Shown: one piece after another, positions 1-8,215 of the stretch
Layout of the letters: every line of letters begins with the position of its first letter
Numbering within the stretch: position 1 is the stretch's first letter
Assembly: GCA_027451625.1 (NCBI GenBank)
Contig: DAIDIY010000011.1
Coordinates: forward strand, 1-59,951
DNA from: Candidatus Daviesbacteria bacterium
GTDB taxonomy: Bacteria; Patescibacteriota; Microgenomatia; Daviesbacterales; UBA10151
Length of the DNA: 59,951 bases
Direction of reading: 5' to 3'
Program-made: the position numbers and the translations under genes
Notes under the pieces: model-generated
What the model was told of the DNA's origin: nothing
The model's input: the letters and a program-made list of their open reading frames with translations, nothing else
The model's database searches: none

Positions 1-1
1 T

Positions 2-202
2 CAGCCACAACCTCAAGTAGTTTATGTTTCAGGGGCAACAGGAGTTACAACACTTCCTAAGACAGGTATGCCTGTTGAAGCTTGGGGATTAACAGGATTT
101 TTTCCAGTTGGAATTTGGCTTAGAAAGTTTGCGAGTAGTAAAAAAGCTTTACAAAGTTCAGCTAATTACTTGTGGAATCAAAGACAATTTCTAAAAAAGT
201 AA
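2..202 (+). CDS. C-terminal end of a sortase-sorted (LPXTG) surface protein; 5' end lies outside the window
   Basis: Frame 2 reads ...GATGVTTLPKTGMPVEAWGLTGFFPVGIWLRKFASSKK...FLKK, with stop TAA at 200-202. This gives an LPKTG motif, then a hydrophobic stretch, then a basic tail. Confidence 0.6.
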   Translation, partial: QPQPQVVYVSGATGVTTLPKTGMPVEAWGLTGFFPVGIWLRKFASSKKALQSSANYLWNQRQFLKK

Positions 203-256
203 TATATCTTATAGTTGTATACTATAACTGTATGTGTTAAAATACAAATCACGATT

Positions 257-1024
257 ATGGAAAGACAAAAGATAGAGACCGGTACAAAAATTATATTAGC
301 AACAGTAGTGGGAGGAGGAAGTGCTTTATTGGGAGCAGATGTTGTGCTCAATCAATCACTTAATAATTTATCTCCTCATTCAGTAGTAGCTAGTGAACTA
401 GGTTTTAAACCCTCGTTTCATATGTTACTGGGAGAGTTAGTTGAAGCAGCTCCTAAAAATTGTACATTTACTGAGATTGTGTCAGGAACTCCAGGACAAA
501 CAGTATCAGTTTATAATAACGTAAATGGTCATAAAGGCCCCCTTCTCTCCGAGATAAAAGTTTCTTCGAATGATCAAGGCAAAGGACAAATAACAGCTGA
601 TTGTAATAGCGGGGTGATAATGGTATCAGATCTAAATCCCGGTAGAGAAATTCGTTTAAAACCTCTAATAAATGGTGGAATTCATCCCGATACAAGTTGG
701 AAAGTCGTATCTACTCCTGTTATACAAAAAGAACCTCATGTTATTAAACCTCAGCCTACTGTAGTAAGAGTTCAACCTATCGAGCCAGAGTCCTCTCAAC
801 CCTCTGTACCTGTAGTAAGAGTTCAACCTATTGAGGCACAGCCACCTTTAGGAGATGGAAGAAGGATAGATAATTTTTTTAGCTTTCCATATAGGTTTCT
901 TCGATCTTTGGGGTGGAATATTTCTCCCCAAGATGAAGATGTCGTCAATGTGTTTGGTTGGAGTGGAGGACTTTTTCTTGGGTGGAGAATCGGCCGAAGA
1001 ATAATAGGATTGTTGGGCTTATAG
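257..1024 (+). CDS. hypothetical membrane or surface protein with a 17-aa tandem repeat
   Basis: ATG at 257 (the track start at 215 is TTG). N-terminal TM segment KIILATVVGGGSALLGADVV. A perfect 22-nt direct repeat at 759-780 and 810-831 encodes VVRVQPIE. The C-terminus is hydrophobic and basic (GGLFLGWRIGRRIIGLLGL). Confidence 0.5.
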   Translation: MERQKIETGTKIILATVVGGGSALLGADVVLNQSLNNLSPHSVVASELGFKPSFHMLLGELVEAAPKNCTFTEIVSGTPGQTVSVYNNVNGHKGPLLSEIKVSSNDQGKGQITADCNSGVIMVSDLNPGREIRLKPLINGGIHPDTSWKVVSTPVIQKEPHVIKPQPTVVRVQPIEPESSQPSVPVVRVQPIEAQPPLGDGRRIDNFFSFPYRFLRSLGWNISPQDEDVVNVFGWSGGLFLGWRIGRRIIGLLGL

Positions 1025-1738
1025 TCTGTATAAATATATATATCAATATATTATTAGTGGATTTATTATTCTGCTTGTTAATATAGTTATTCCAATATTA
1101 TTTGTCACAATAATTTGGTTTAGGATATTACAGTAGGACTAATTTACTAGAAATTACTGATCATCTTAACGGACCAAGTATTATTTCACGCCATAGGAGA
1201 ATTATTAATTTCTATGGTAATGTGGAATTTATTGTGGTTACTCTCAAATATTAGAGAGTATTCATACCTTGATGTTGAGATAATTATTTGTTTTATTTTT
1301 TCGACATCATTAATTCCTTTTTAGGAATGTTAAAAGCCCCCGTAGAAATAAAATCCATCGCATAAATGAATAATAAAAGGCTCAATCTAGGTATCTTATT
1401 GCAAATTATATAAGATTAAATTTGTGTATTGACTATATGATTTATAACGATATAGGAGATTCTTACAATGCGAAGAGAGGTACTCTTAATAGCTCTGAAT
1501 GTGCTATAGACGTCTTTCAGGAGGTCCCCAAAGCCTACTGGATTCATCGGGTAAAAGAGTATATCCCATTTCATTGTCAATTATGGTCATATAATTAGTC
1601 AACCAAAAATTTTTGGGATAGCTATTTGGTAGAGTAAAATTTAAAGTTTTTTATGATAATTAGAGATTCCTTTAGAGTAAATTAATTAAAGTTTGATTTG
1701 ATAATTATTTACAACTTTAAAAATTATTTATCAAAGTT

Positions 1739-2275
1739 TTAGAACTTAAGTTCTGAGTAGGAATGTAAATCTATACCTTGAGATTGATAAATCTCTTCGA
1801 TATCTTTATCTCCAACATCTTTTCCAGTTAATCCTAGTAGTGTTAAAGCCCTTTCTACATTTTCCTTACTATCAGATTCTATCTCTAAATATGGGTCAAT
1901 CATAGGCCAAGTATCGATAGAAAACTCTATTTTATCAAGCTGAAAGAGATGCCGTTTATTCTCTTGATAGAATATTCTAAAAAAAGGCAATTTCTTAAAT
2001 ATTTGAGCAGCTTTTTCGAAATCAGATACTTCAACTTCAATTTCTGTAGTTTTACCAAGTTCGGTATTTTTAATTATTTTATGTTTGTATGTGGTAGTAA
2101 CTTTATTTCCATGATCTCTAAGTCTTATCCATTCAAAGTTCGCAGACTTTAAATCGAACACATATCTTCTCATTAAAACTTCAGGTACTTCTTTTGCACC
2201 AAACTGTTTTAATTTATTAATAATCGATTTTAAGTCGAATTTAAGAACTTTAGTCTCGTACTCTATATTCTCCAT
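1739..2275 (-). CDS. CYTH-domain protein (CyaB-type adenylate cyclase / triphosphatase family)
   Basis: 178 aa. N-terminal EYETKVLKF resembles the CYTH ExExK signature. Acidic and basic beta-strand pattern (TEIEVEV, FSIDTWP..YLEIE) and size fit the family. Confidence 0.55.
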   Translation of the reverse strand: MENIEYETKVLKFDLKSIINKLKQFGAKEVPEVLMRRYVFDLKSANFEWIRLRDHGNKVTTTYKHKIIKNTELGKTTEIEVEVSDFEKAAQIFKKLPFFRIFYQENKRHLFQLDKIEFSIDTWPMIDPYLEIESDSKENVERALTLLGLTGKDVGDKDIEEIYQSQGIDLHSYSELKF

Positions 2276-2355
2276 AATAGAAAGTATATCAAAAGTTAGG
2301 ATTTCTAAACTCTAATTTTATCTAAATAGTGCATTTAGCTTCTAAATCCCGTATT

Positions 2356-2640
2356 CTAGTACCGAATGAAATACTTAGAGTAAATTAAGGTGTAAATTAA
2401 ATACTCCCTGAGATGTCTTGTATTGCAGTATTCATTTGCACCTCGATGCCAGAAGGAATAAGGATCAGCATGAAATGTTTCCATATCCAGGTTATTTCTT
2501 AACTTAAAGTACAAATGGGTCTTTTTGCCGTTATCCAAGTAGTTGATCTTTTGGCTTTTCCGGGTAGAGGAGAAAATATCCTTCGTTGAGCATAAAGGGG
2601 AGACTCGCTATCAATGGCTTTAATTTTTTTAGCACCTATA
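2356..2640 (-). pseudogene. IS30-family DDE transposase remnant (C-terminal fragment, frameshifted, N-terminus missing)
   Basis: The minus strand reads ..IFSPLPGKAKRSTTW, then a frameshift near 2530, then DNGKKTHLYF...FHADPYSFWHRGANEYCNTRHLREYL. This matches the IS30 pattern PLP..ksiTwDnGkEf...DPysPWqRGtNEntNgllRqy, which includes the catalytic E region. No upstream catalytic or HTH part fits before the next gene at 2743. Confidence 0.65.
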
Positions 2641-2742
2641 CTTCTAAATGTTTACTATAAATTCAAGAGATTAGGACTGATTATTAATGTGATATAGAAG
2701 GAAAGATTGATTCTAGATTGAGAATATGGTTAATTAAATTTA

Positions 2743-3519
2743 ATGGAGATTTTAAGTTCTAATTCTTCAAATACCCAAAACCAAGAAATAAATCAACAAA
2801 TTTATTCTACAATTGATTCTCAGGTAGAAACTCCTAAATCTGGTAATAACAAATTGTTAATAATATTATTAATAATTTGTTTTGTAATGATCTCAGTTTT
2901 TGGAGGTTATTATTATATATCCCATACATCAAATAGCAGTCTACAAGTAAGCACTATTCCTCCTAATGAGATAAAAATACCACAAGTAACTCAATCTTTG
3001 CCTTCTCCGGAGCAACCTACACCAACAGTGGAATCCTCCATGAGCTCTGGATTAAAAATATATACAGCTCAAGATAATAGTTTCAGTTTTTCATACCCTG
3101 CTTCTTGGAGTGAAACTCAGCAAACTCAAAATATACCTTTACTAACTTCAAGCGGGAAGAGATATCCTGATATAATGATTAGTTTTTATCAAACTCCTAC
3201 AAAGACTAGCTTCACTGACCCTAGTACACTATCAGTTCAAATTTTTACCAATACTGATTTTTCTAATTTAACTCCTGAAAGTTTTATAAAAGAAGTCGGC
3301 GGCAGTTATTATAAAGGTGGAAATTATATAAATATAGGTAGTTTAAAAGTTTTTGAAGCTAAAGCTAATTACTTAGGATCTTTATCAACAAGTTATATCT
3401 TTAATAAAGGAGATAGCTTCTACGATTTTTCGAATTCTGATACAATCTTTACCCAACCAGGTAAAGATTTCACCTCAGTAATAACTCCTATACTTTCAAG
3501 TTTTAAATTCATGAATTAA
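2743..3519 (+). CDS. hypothetical single-pass membrane-anchored protein
   Basis: 258 aa. TM segment LLIILLIICFVMISVFGGYYYI, then a Pro/Ser/Thr linker, then a globular C-terminal domain. No recognisable catalytic motif. Confidence 0.5.
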   Translation: MEILSSNSSNTQNQEINQQIYSTIDSQVETPKSGNNKLLIILLIICFVMISVFGGYYYISHTSNSSLQVSTIPPNEIKIPQVTQSLPSPEQPTPTVESSMSSGLKIYTAQDNSFSFSYPASWSETQQTQNIPLLTSSGKRYPDIMISFYQTPTKTSFTDPSTLSVQIFTNTDFSNLTPESFIKEVGGSYYKGGNYINIGSLKVFEAKANYLGSLSTSYIFNKGDSFYDFSNSDTIFTQPGKDFTSVITPILSSFKFMN

Positions 3520-3880
3520 TTGTTAAAAACAGTTAATTTCTTTGATTTAATAGACTATAATGGAACTCCTTGATAGAATACGTTATCAATATCTTCCTAA
3601 GAGTTAGATATAATTTATCTGTATTTAGGTTCTAATCCAAGAGAGGGTGTACAGTTATGGGATTTTTAGATTGGGTATCTTTTGTGGATATTAAAAAATA
3701 CCCTCCAGCTAGTAGGATTACAGCCAATGCGCTGATGATAATCCCTAGCTACCTGCACCACGCACACTTAAATGATCTGATCTTATTGATACAAAAGTCA
3801 AATTAATATAAATACTGAATTGATGTTTGACTCATAGAGTCTTTGAGAGAGCTTTAGAAAATTGTAATATAATTTCAAAC

Positions 3881-4297
3881 ATGGCAGAGTTACAACCAAA
3901 AATTGTTACTAGAGCATTTATTCAAGACAATGAAGGAAGAATCTTGCTGGGGAGAAGGGCAAGAGGCCATGGTGTTGGACAATTTGCTTTAGTTGGAGGT
4001 AAGCCTGACGCAGGAGAATCTAACGATCGCGCAATAGAAAGGGAAGTTTTTGAGGAATTAGGATTAAAATTTATTCCTGTATTCTATTCAGCAGTCAGAG
4101 ATACCCATTTTGATTCTTTATATCCTTGGGAGGTTTATTATTATACAGGTGAAGTAACTGGGAATTTAAATCCTAAGACAGATGAAATTACTGAAGTAAT
4201 CTATGTTGGTCAGTCTGACTTAGATAACGTGGATATAGCCTTTGATCATAGAGATAGGTTGAGAGAATTCTTCATAGCAATGAAAAAGCCACTCTAA
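3881..4297 (+). CDS. NUDIX hydrolase
   Basis: Nudix box GGKPDAGESNDRAIEREVFEELGL (GX5EX7REUXEEXGU). ATG at 3881 preferred over the TTG at 3827. Confidence 0.8.
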   Translation: MAELQPKIVTRAFIQDNEGRILLGRRARGHGVGQFALVGGKPDAGESNDRAIEREVFEELGLKFIPVFYSAVRDTHFDSLYPWEVYYYTGEVTGNLNPKTDEITEVIYVGQSDLDNVDIAFDHRDRLREFFIAMKKPL

Positions 4298-4331
4298 ATA
4301 AGCTAAGTGTTTTGCAAAGCTTTAGCAAAAA

Positions 4332-4580
4332 TTATTTTAAGTTGTTATTTACGTATAATTGAATTTGATTTGTAGCTATAAGTCCACTAACAGCAGCTAT
4401 TATCCTTAGTGATCCCTTTACTGCCAAACTGGTGAGATCTAGATTTACGTTATTAAATATAATTGATCTAATTAAATCTTCAACACCCCAGATAGCTAAA
4501 GGTAAGGCCGATATTTTCAACATCACTAAAGTTGTTTCAGTCAAAGAATATATATTTGCCTGACTTTCTTTAAACATCAC
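4332..4580 (-). CDS. hypothetical small membrane protein
   Basis: 82-aa ORF with two hydrophobic segments. No other support. Confidence 0.3.
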   Translation of the reverse strand: MMFKESQANIYSLTETTLVMLKISALPLAIWGVEDLIRSIIFNNVNLDLTSLAVKGSLRIIAAVSGLIATNQIQLYVNNNLK

Positions 4581-5274
4581 TGAAATATATCATATTCCAG
4601 GTGTATTTCAATTAGATTTAGAAGCATTTTTTACTCCATACTCTTCTTAACTATATTTAGGTTATGCTGGTTATATCTGCCTATTAAATTAGGAATGTAT
4701 CTTGTTACTTAATAGATTGAGCTGTTTTAGTAATCTAAACGCTTATCTAGTTGGGGATTGTACAGGATTATAGGAAAATATATTTCATATAGTTTTAGAT
4801 GTACATGAAAGATCCATGATATACTTGGTGTAATGGAGATTAATTTTGCCAATCTTCAAATAAAGCTATCACCGTAAGCTATACAGTCAGCTTTTTATGC
4901 TGGAATTGCGTATGTTATTTTATTTTTCTACTCAATTATTCAAGGAGTTTATAAAAGAAGATTAGGACTTGTTGACCTGAGAAGTCCAAAATTTAATCAA
5001 AATTTTTTTGAGCCTATTGTATTTGAAAAGTTAACGGCAATAATTTTCGGCGTGATTTTAGCTTTAATTACTGGTTGTCTTTCCTTTTTACTTATAGTTA
5101 TTTTAAGGTCAACTGTTTTGTTCAACATTCCAGTTCTTATTCTAATTTTAATTTTTTCAATAATACCCGCATTCTTTGCTGATAACGCCTGAATTATCGT
5201 GAAGGCTGAAATAAAAAAACTCAATAAGCTAAGTTCGGCAGAACTTATTTATACAGTTAGGAATTTAGAAGGGG

Positions 5275-5547
5275 TTAGTGGCGATAAACCTCATTATGGG
5301 TGCCTATTTCAAAAAACAAATATTCATCTTCTGTTTCAATATAGAGCATTCTCAGACTCATATCTACGGAGATGCTCCAGGTATTTTCTACATCCTTTGT
5401 TATTTTATGTAAACGTAGCGATGGATGCCTCGGGTTTTCTTGAAAAAGTTTTAGTTGTTTTTGAATTTTATTAGATAATTTTGTATTTGATCGTTGAATT
5501 TCTTGTAGTTTTTTATATACTTCAGCACTTAACTTAATTGATTTCAC
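5275..5547 (-). CDS. type II toxin, RelE/ParE superfamily
   Basis: 90 aa. NPRHPSLRLHKI...WSISV...LRMLYIE...LFFEIGTHNEVY matches the RelE/ParE layout. A 4-nt overlap (ATGA) joins it to the upstream antitoxin ORF. Confidence 0.7.
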   Translation of the reverse strand: MKSIKLSAEVYKKLQEIQRSNTKLSNKIQKQLKLFQENPRHPSLRLHKITKDVENTWSISVDMSLRMLYIETEDEYLFFEIGTHNEVYRH

Positions 5548-5798
5548 AGCTTTTTGAAGAGTTCATCTATATTAGTTACTTCTACTGCTTTTTCTTTTTC
5601 TTCAAGAGCTTTTTTATATGACTGGATTGTTCTATCAGAAGCTTCAAATGTAGGAAATTCCATGTCAGCAACATCCTGTAGGATAAGGTGTTTAATATAG
5701 CCTGCAAGTGGCATGCCAAACTTACTAGCTTTACTTTCTAGGTAATCCTTTAATGCCACCGGAAGATTTAATTTAATTTGAGCTTGTGGTGTAACCAT
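5544..5798 (-). CDS. type II antitoxin (ribbon-helix-helix-like)
   Basis: 84 aa. N-terminal beta-strand then helices (IKLNLPVALKDYLESKASKFGMPLAGYIKHLI), an acidic C-terminus, and translational coupling to the toxin. Confidence 0.6.
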   Translation of the reverse strand: MVTPQAQIKLNLPVALKDYLESKASKFGMPLAGYIKHLILQDVADMEFPTFEASDRTIQSYKKALEEKEKAVEVTNIDELFKKL

Positions 5799-5804
5799 AT
5801 CTTT

Positions 5805-5839
5805 ATAATAGCACTATTTTAAGGACTATTCAAGGACTA
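5805..5839 (-). promoter_or_regulatory. candidate toxin-antitoxin promoter with direct-repeat operator
   Basis: On the minus strand: -35 TTGAAT (5833-5828), a 17-nt spacer, -10 TATTAT (5810-5805), then 6 nt to the ATG at 5798. The 8-mer TAGTCCTT occurs twice at 11-bp period (plus-strand AAGGACTA at 5821-5828 and 5832-5839), overlapping the -35 and the spacer. Confidence 0.45.
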
Positions 5840-5966
5840 ATCTAATATTTAGACATCTACATAAAATTGTGCTTAGTTATCCTACAGCTCCATAATGGAT
5901 TGAGGCACTATATAACTACCAACAAACTGACAATTAGCTGGGGATTGTGGAAGAATTCAGAACTTA

Positions 5967-6563
5967 CTATTCAAATTTTGCGGTAGCTAAAATTTGATTG
6001 AAGATTTTTTCAACACTTCCATTTTCTTCTCTATAGACACTAATACAAGTCTTTTTATCAGGTAAATACTGATATGCTGTATTACCTACCCAACCTTTTC
6101 TCCAATCTCTATCATTGTTAGGAAAAAATAAATTTATCTTGCCAGCTAGGAGAATATTCTCTCCTCTTAGGTTAGTTTCATTAAACTGATTATGGCAGAA
6201 ACTTCCGTCAAGATTTTGGGTAATCGTGATTATCATCTGATAGCCTTGTTTAAATGTAATAGTCTCAATTGTTGCTGGTGACCCATAATTTATAACATAG
6301 CTTGATTGAACTCCATTAGGAGTATTGAAAGTCAAATTAAGTATACTGCTGCGAATTATTTGAGGTGATCTTAAAAAAGGAATACTTGCGTTAGTTCTTA
6401 GCTTAAAAATTACAAATCCCAAGATAATTAGAAAAATTGCTACAATCGGAATTAATCTGTGCGTAAATCCTTCCTGATTCATACTGGTATGATCTAATAA
6501 TCCAAACTTCGAATCAATACATTGGTTTGAAGTTATCATTAAGCATCTAATAAACTGAGGCAA
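5967..6563 (-). CDS. hypothetical single-pass membrane protein
   Basis: 198 aa. TM segment LIPIVAIFLIILGFVIF followed by a globular domain. Start uncertain. Confidence 0.45.
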   Translation of the reverse strand: MPQFIRCLMITSNQCIDSKFGLLDHTSMNQEGFTHRLIPIVAIFLIILGFVIFKLRTNASIPFLRSPQIIRSSILNLTFNTPNGVQSSYVINYGSPATIETITFKQGYQMIITITQNLDGSFCHNQFNETNLRGENILLAGKINLFFPNNDRDWRKGWVGNTAYQYLPDKKTCISVYREENGSVEKIFNQILATAKFE

Positions 6564-6809
6564 TTAAGAAGAAAAAGTGGATAACATTCTAAAATATGTT
6601 GAGGGGATTAGGAGATACCGAGGATAATCATGAAGTTAGGATTAAAAGAATTGAGAATATTCCCTCTATTTCTCAACAACTTAAGTAAACAATATTTATT
6701 CCACCATTCAACTCACTATTGTTGAAGTTCTGATATCATACACTAGGCATAGCTTGCTGCGGGTCTTGGAGCAAGTTAGAACCAAATTGGCTCTATAAAT
6801 TGATTTAAG

Positions 6810-7292
6810 TTAGTTAAATTTTTTAACTAATACTAAATCTGAATCAATAAATCCCATTTTGTGGTAAATATCAATGACACTTTTATTAGAAGCGTATGCT
6901 TCTACTTTTAGGTAATTGCATTTTGATTGTTTAAAATTGGAAAGTAGTGCTTCAAATAATTGTCTACCAATACCTTTATCTCTAAGCTCTTCTGAAACAA
7001 ACCAGTCCTCGATAAACCCCTCTTTATTTAATACTCTAGATGAATTAGCTTTAACTAAACCAACAATATACCCAACAAGCTTTTCATTTTCCTCAGCTAC
7101 GTAAACGATATAATCATTATTAGTAAGATATTTATCTATAATCTTAACAAATAACTCATCTTTGTTTTCATATTCTACAAATGGCAAAAATTCGTTGGGG
7201 AATATTTTATCTGTAATATAATAATCTGCAAATTCATAGAGCAAAGATAATAGTTGATCTCTGTCTTTAATCTCAGCTTTTCTAATTTCCAT
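6810..7292 (-). CDS. GNAT family N-acetyltransferase
   Basis: Acetyl-CoA binding motif A, VSEELRDKGIGRQLFEAL (Q/RxxGxG/A). Typical beta-strand YVAEENEKLVGYIVG. ATG at 7292 (MEIRKAEIKD) preferred over the longer track start. Confidence 0.8.
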   Translation of the reverse strand: MEIRKAEIKDRDQLLSLLYEFADYYITDKIFPNEFLPFVEYENKDELFVKIIDKYLTNNDYIVYVAEENEKLVGYIVGLVKANSSRVLNKEGFIEDWFVSEELRDKGIGRQLFEALLSNFKQSKCNYLKVEAYASNKSVIDIYHKMGFIDSDLVLVKKFN

Positions 7293-7434
7293 AATTCTGA
7301 TTATATCAGAGGTTCGAGCATCCAAACTCTATGATCCGAAAAGGATTGATATAGTAAGCTAATATTTATGTGCTGGCATTGGTTGACTATGTGGGAACTT
7401 ATTATTTAAATATTTAATGAGGTTTGCTTAAGGA

Positions 7435-7968
7435 CTAACTCTCCAAAATAGGAGATTCTTCAACAATAATTTTCTTTTTTGCAATTTTTTTTGATTTTTC
7501 TACATCTTTAGTTGAAATCTCTTTATTAGATTCAGTCGGTAATAAGAGAGACAAAATCATATCAAGTTTGTCATTAAGTTCTTTAAACTTATCTTTTCCT
7601 CCACCCAAAGATTTTTTATCACCGAAACAGTTACTACAAAAAACTGGTTTATCACTGGTAGGCTGGAAAGGAACTTTACAATTATCTCCACAATCTGCAC
7701 AAATAGCATTAAACATTTGTCTATCTTCATTATTACTAGATCTATTAAAATTTCTGTTCTCAGGTCTTACAAAGTTTGAACTATTTCCTTGATCTTCAAA
7801 ACATTGACTGCAAAAAACAGGACGGCCATTTGTTGGTCTAAAAGGGATCTGACAATCTTTTCCACATTTACTACAAACTGCTTGGAACATCTCCCTAGAA
7901 CCATTATTACCAAATTTAGGTTTAAATCTACCACCTCTATTTGACCCACTATTTCTATTAAATGTCAT
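7435..7968 (-). CDS. tandem CxxC-x17-CxxC zinc-ribbon domain protein
   Basis: Two copies of F.A.C..CG..C.(I/V)PF.PT...PVFCS.CF: CSKCGKDCQIPFRPTNGRPVFCSQCF and CADCGDNCKVPFQPTSDKPVFCSNCF. Gly/Arg/Asn-rich N-terminus and a Lys-rich tail. Confidence 0.75.
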   Translation of the reverse strand: MTFNRNSGSNRGGRFKPKFGNNGSREMFQAVCSKCGKDCQIPFRPTNGRPVFCSQCFEDQGNSSNFVRPENRNFNRSSNNEDRQMFNAICADCGDNCKVPFQPTSDKPVFCSNCFGDKKSLGGGKDKFKELNDKLDMILSLLLPTESNKEISTKDVEKSKKIAKKKIIVEESPILES

Positions 7969-8023
7969 CTTACAAGTATATCACATATGAGCATAATTAG
8001 ATAATCTGACGAATGTATTTTAG

Positions 8024-8097
8024 CTGCCGGACTAGGACTCGAACCTAGAATCTTCGCGTCCAGAGCGCGACGTGATTACCGATTACACCATCCGGCA
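8024..8097 (-). tRNA. tRNA-Gln (anticodon CUG)
   Basis: The reverse complement folds as a cloverleaf. Acceptor stem TGCCGGA/TCCGGCA (U1-A72) with discriminator G. Anticodon stem TCGCG/CGCGA with loop CTCTGGA. T arm CTAGG-TTCGAGT-CCTAG. No encoded CCA. Confidence 0.85.
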
Positions 8098-8215
8098 TTG
8101 TTGTTAATTTTAAAAATTTTATTTTATATTAAGTCTTTATTAATAGATATCTAGTCGATTATGGTGCTATTTTACCACTTTCTAAAATTTTAGGTTGTGA
8201 TAAGATTCAAAAGAA

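Noticed and set aside
1025-1738. A structured RNA gene (tmRNA, RNase P RNA, SRP RNA or 6S RNA) in the long ORF-free stretch.
   Set aside because: I could not find the conserved cores, such as GGTTCGA-type T-loop ends with a tag ORF for tmRNA, GAAAGTCCGGGC for RNase P, or GGAAG/AGCAG SRP domain IV motifs. The stretch is very AT-rich with only short hairpins, for example ATTCCT-TTTT-AGGAAT at about 1312-1327. A covariance-model scan is still needed.
3657-3806. 49-aa ORF (MGFLDWVSFVDIKKYPPASRITANALMIIPSYLHHAHLNDLILLIQKSN) preceded by a purine-rich GAGAGGGTG about 9 nt upstream, in the 307-bp gap before the NUDIX gene.
   Set aside because: The only support is an SD-like element in a genome that mostly lacks such elements. 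There is no motif and no way to test conservation here, so I did not report it as a feature.
5199-5474. 91-aa plus-strand ORF overlapping the RelE-like toxin gene, and the 75-aa minus-strand ORF at 4997-5224.
   Set aside because: The toxin frame on the opposite strand has family-typical motifs and translational coupling to the antitoxin. These two ORFs have no motifs, and one is antisense to a more protein-like hydrophobic frame.
6749-6777. Hairpin GCTTGCT-N11-AGCAAGT downstream of the GNAT gene, considered as an intrinsic terminator.
   Set aside because: The stem is only 6 bp, and no U-tract follows it on the relevant (minus) strand.
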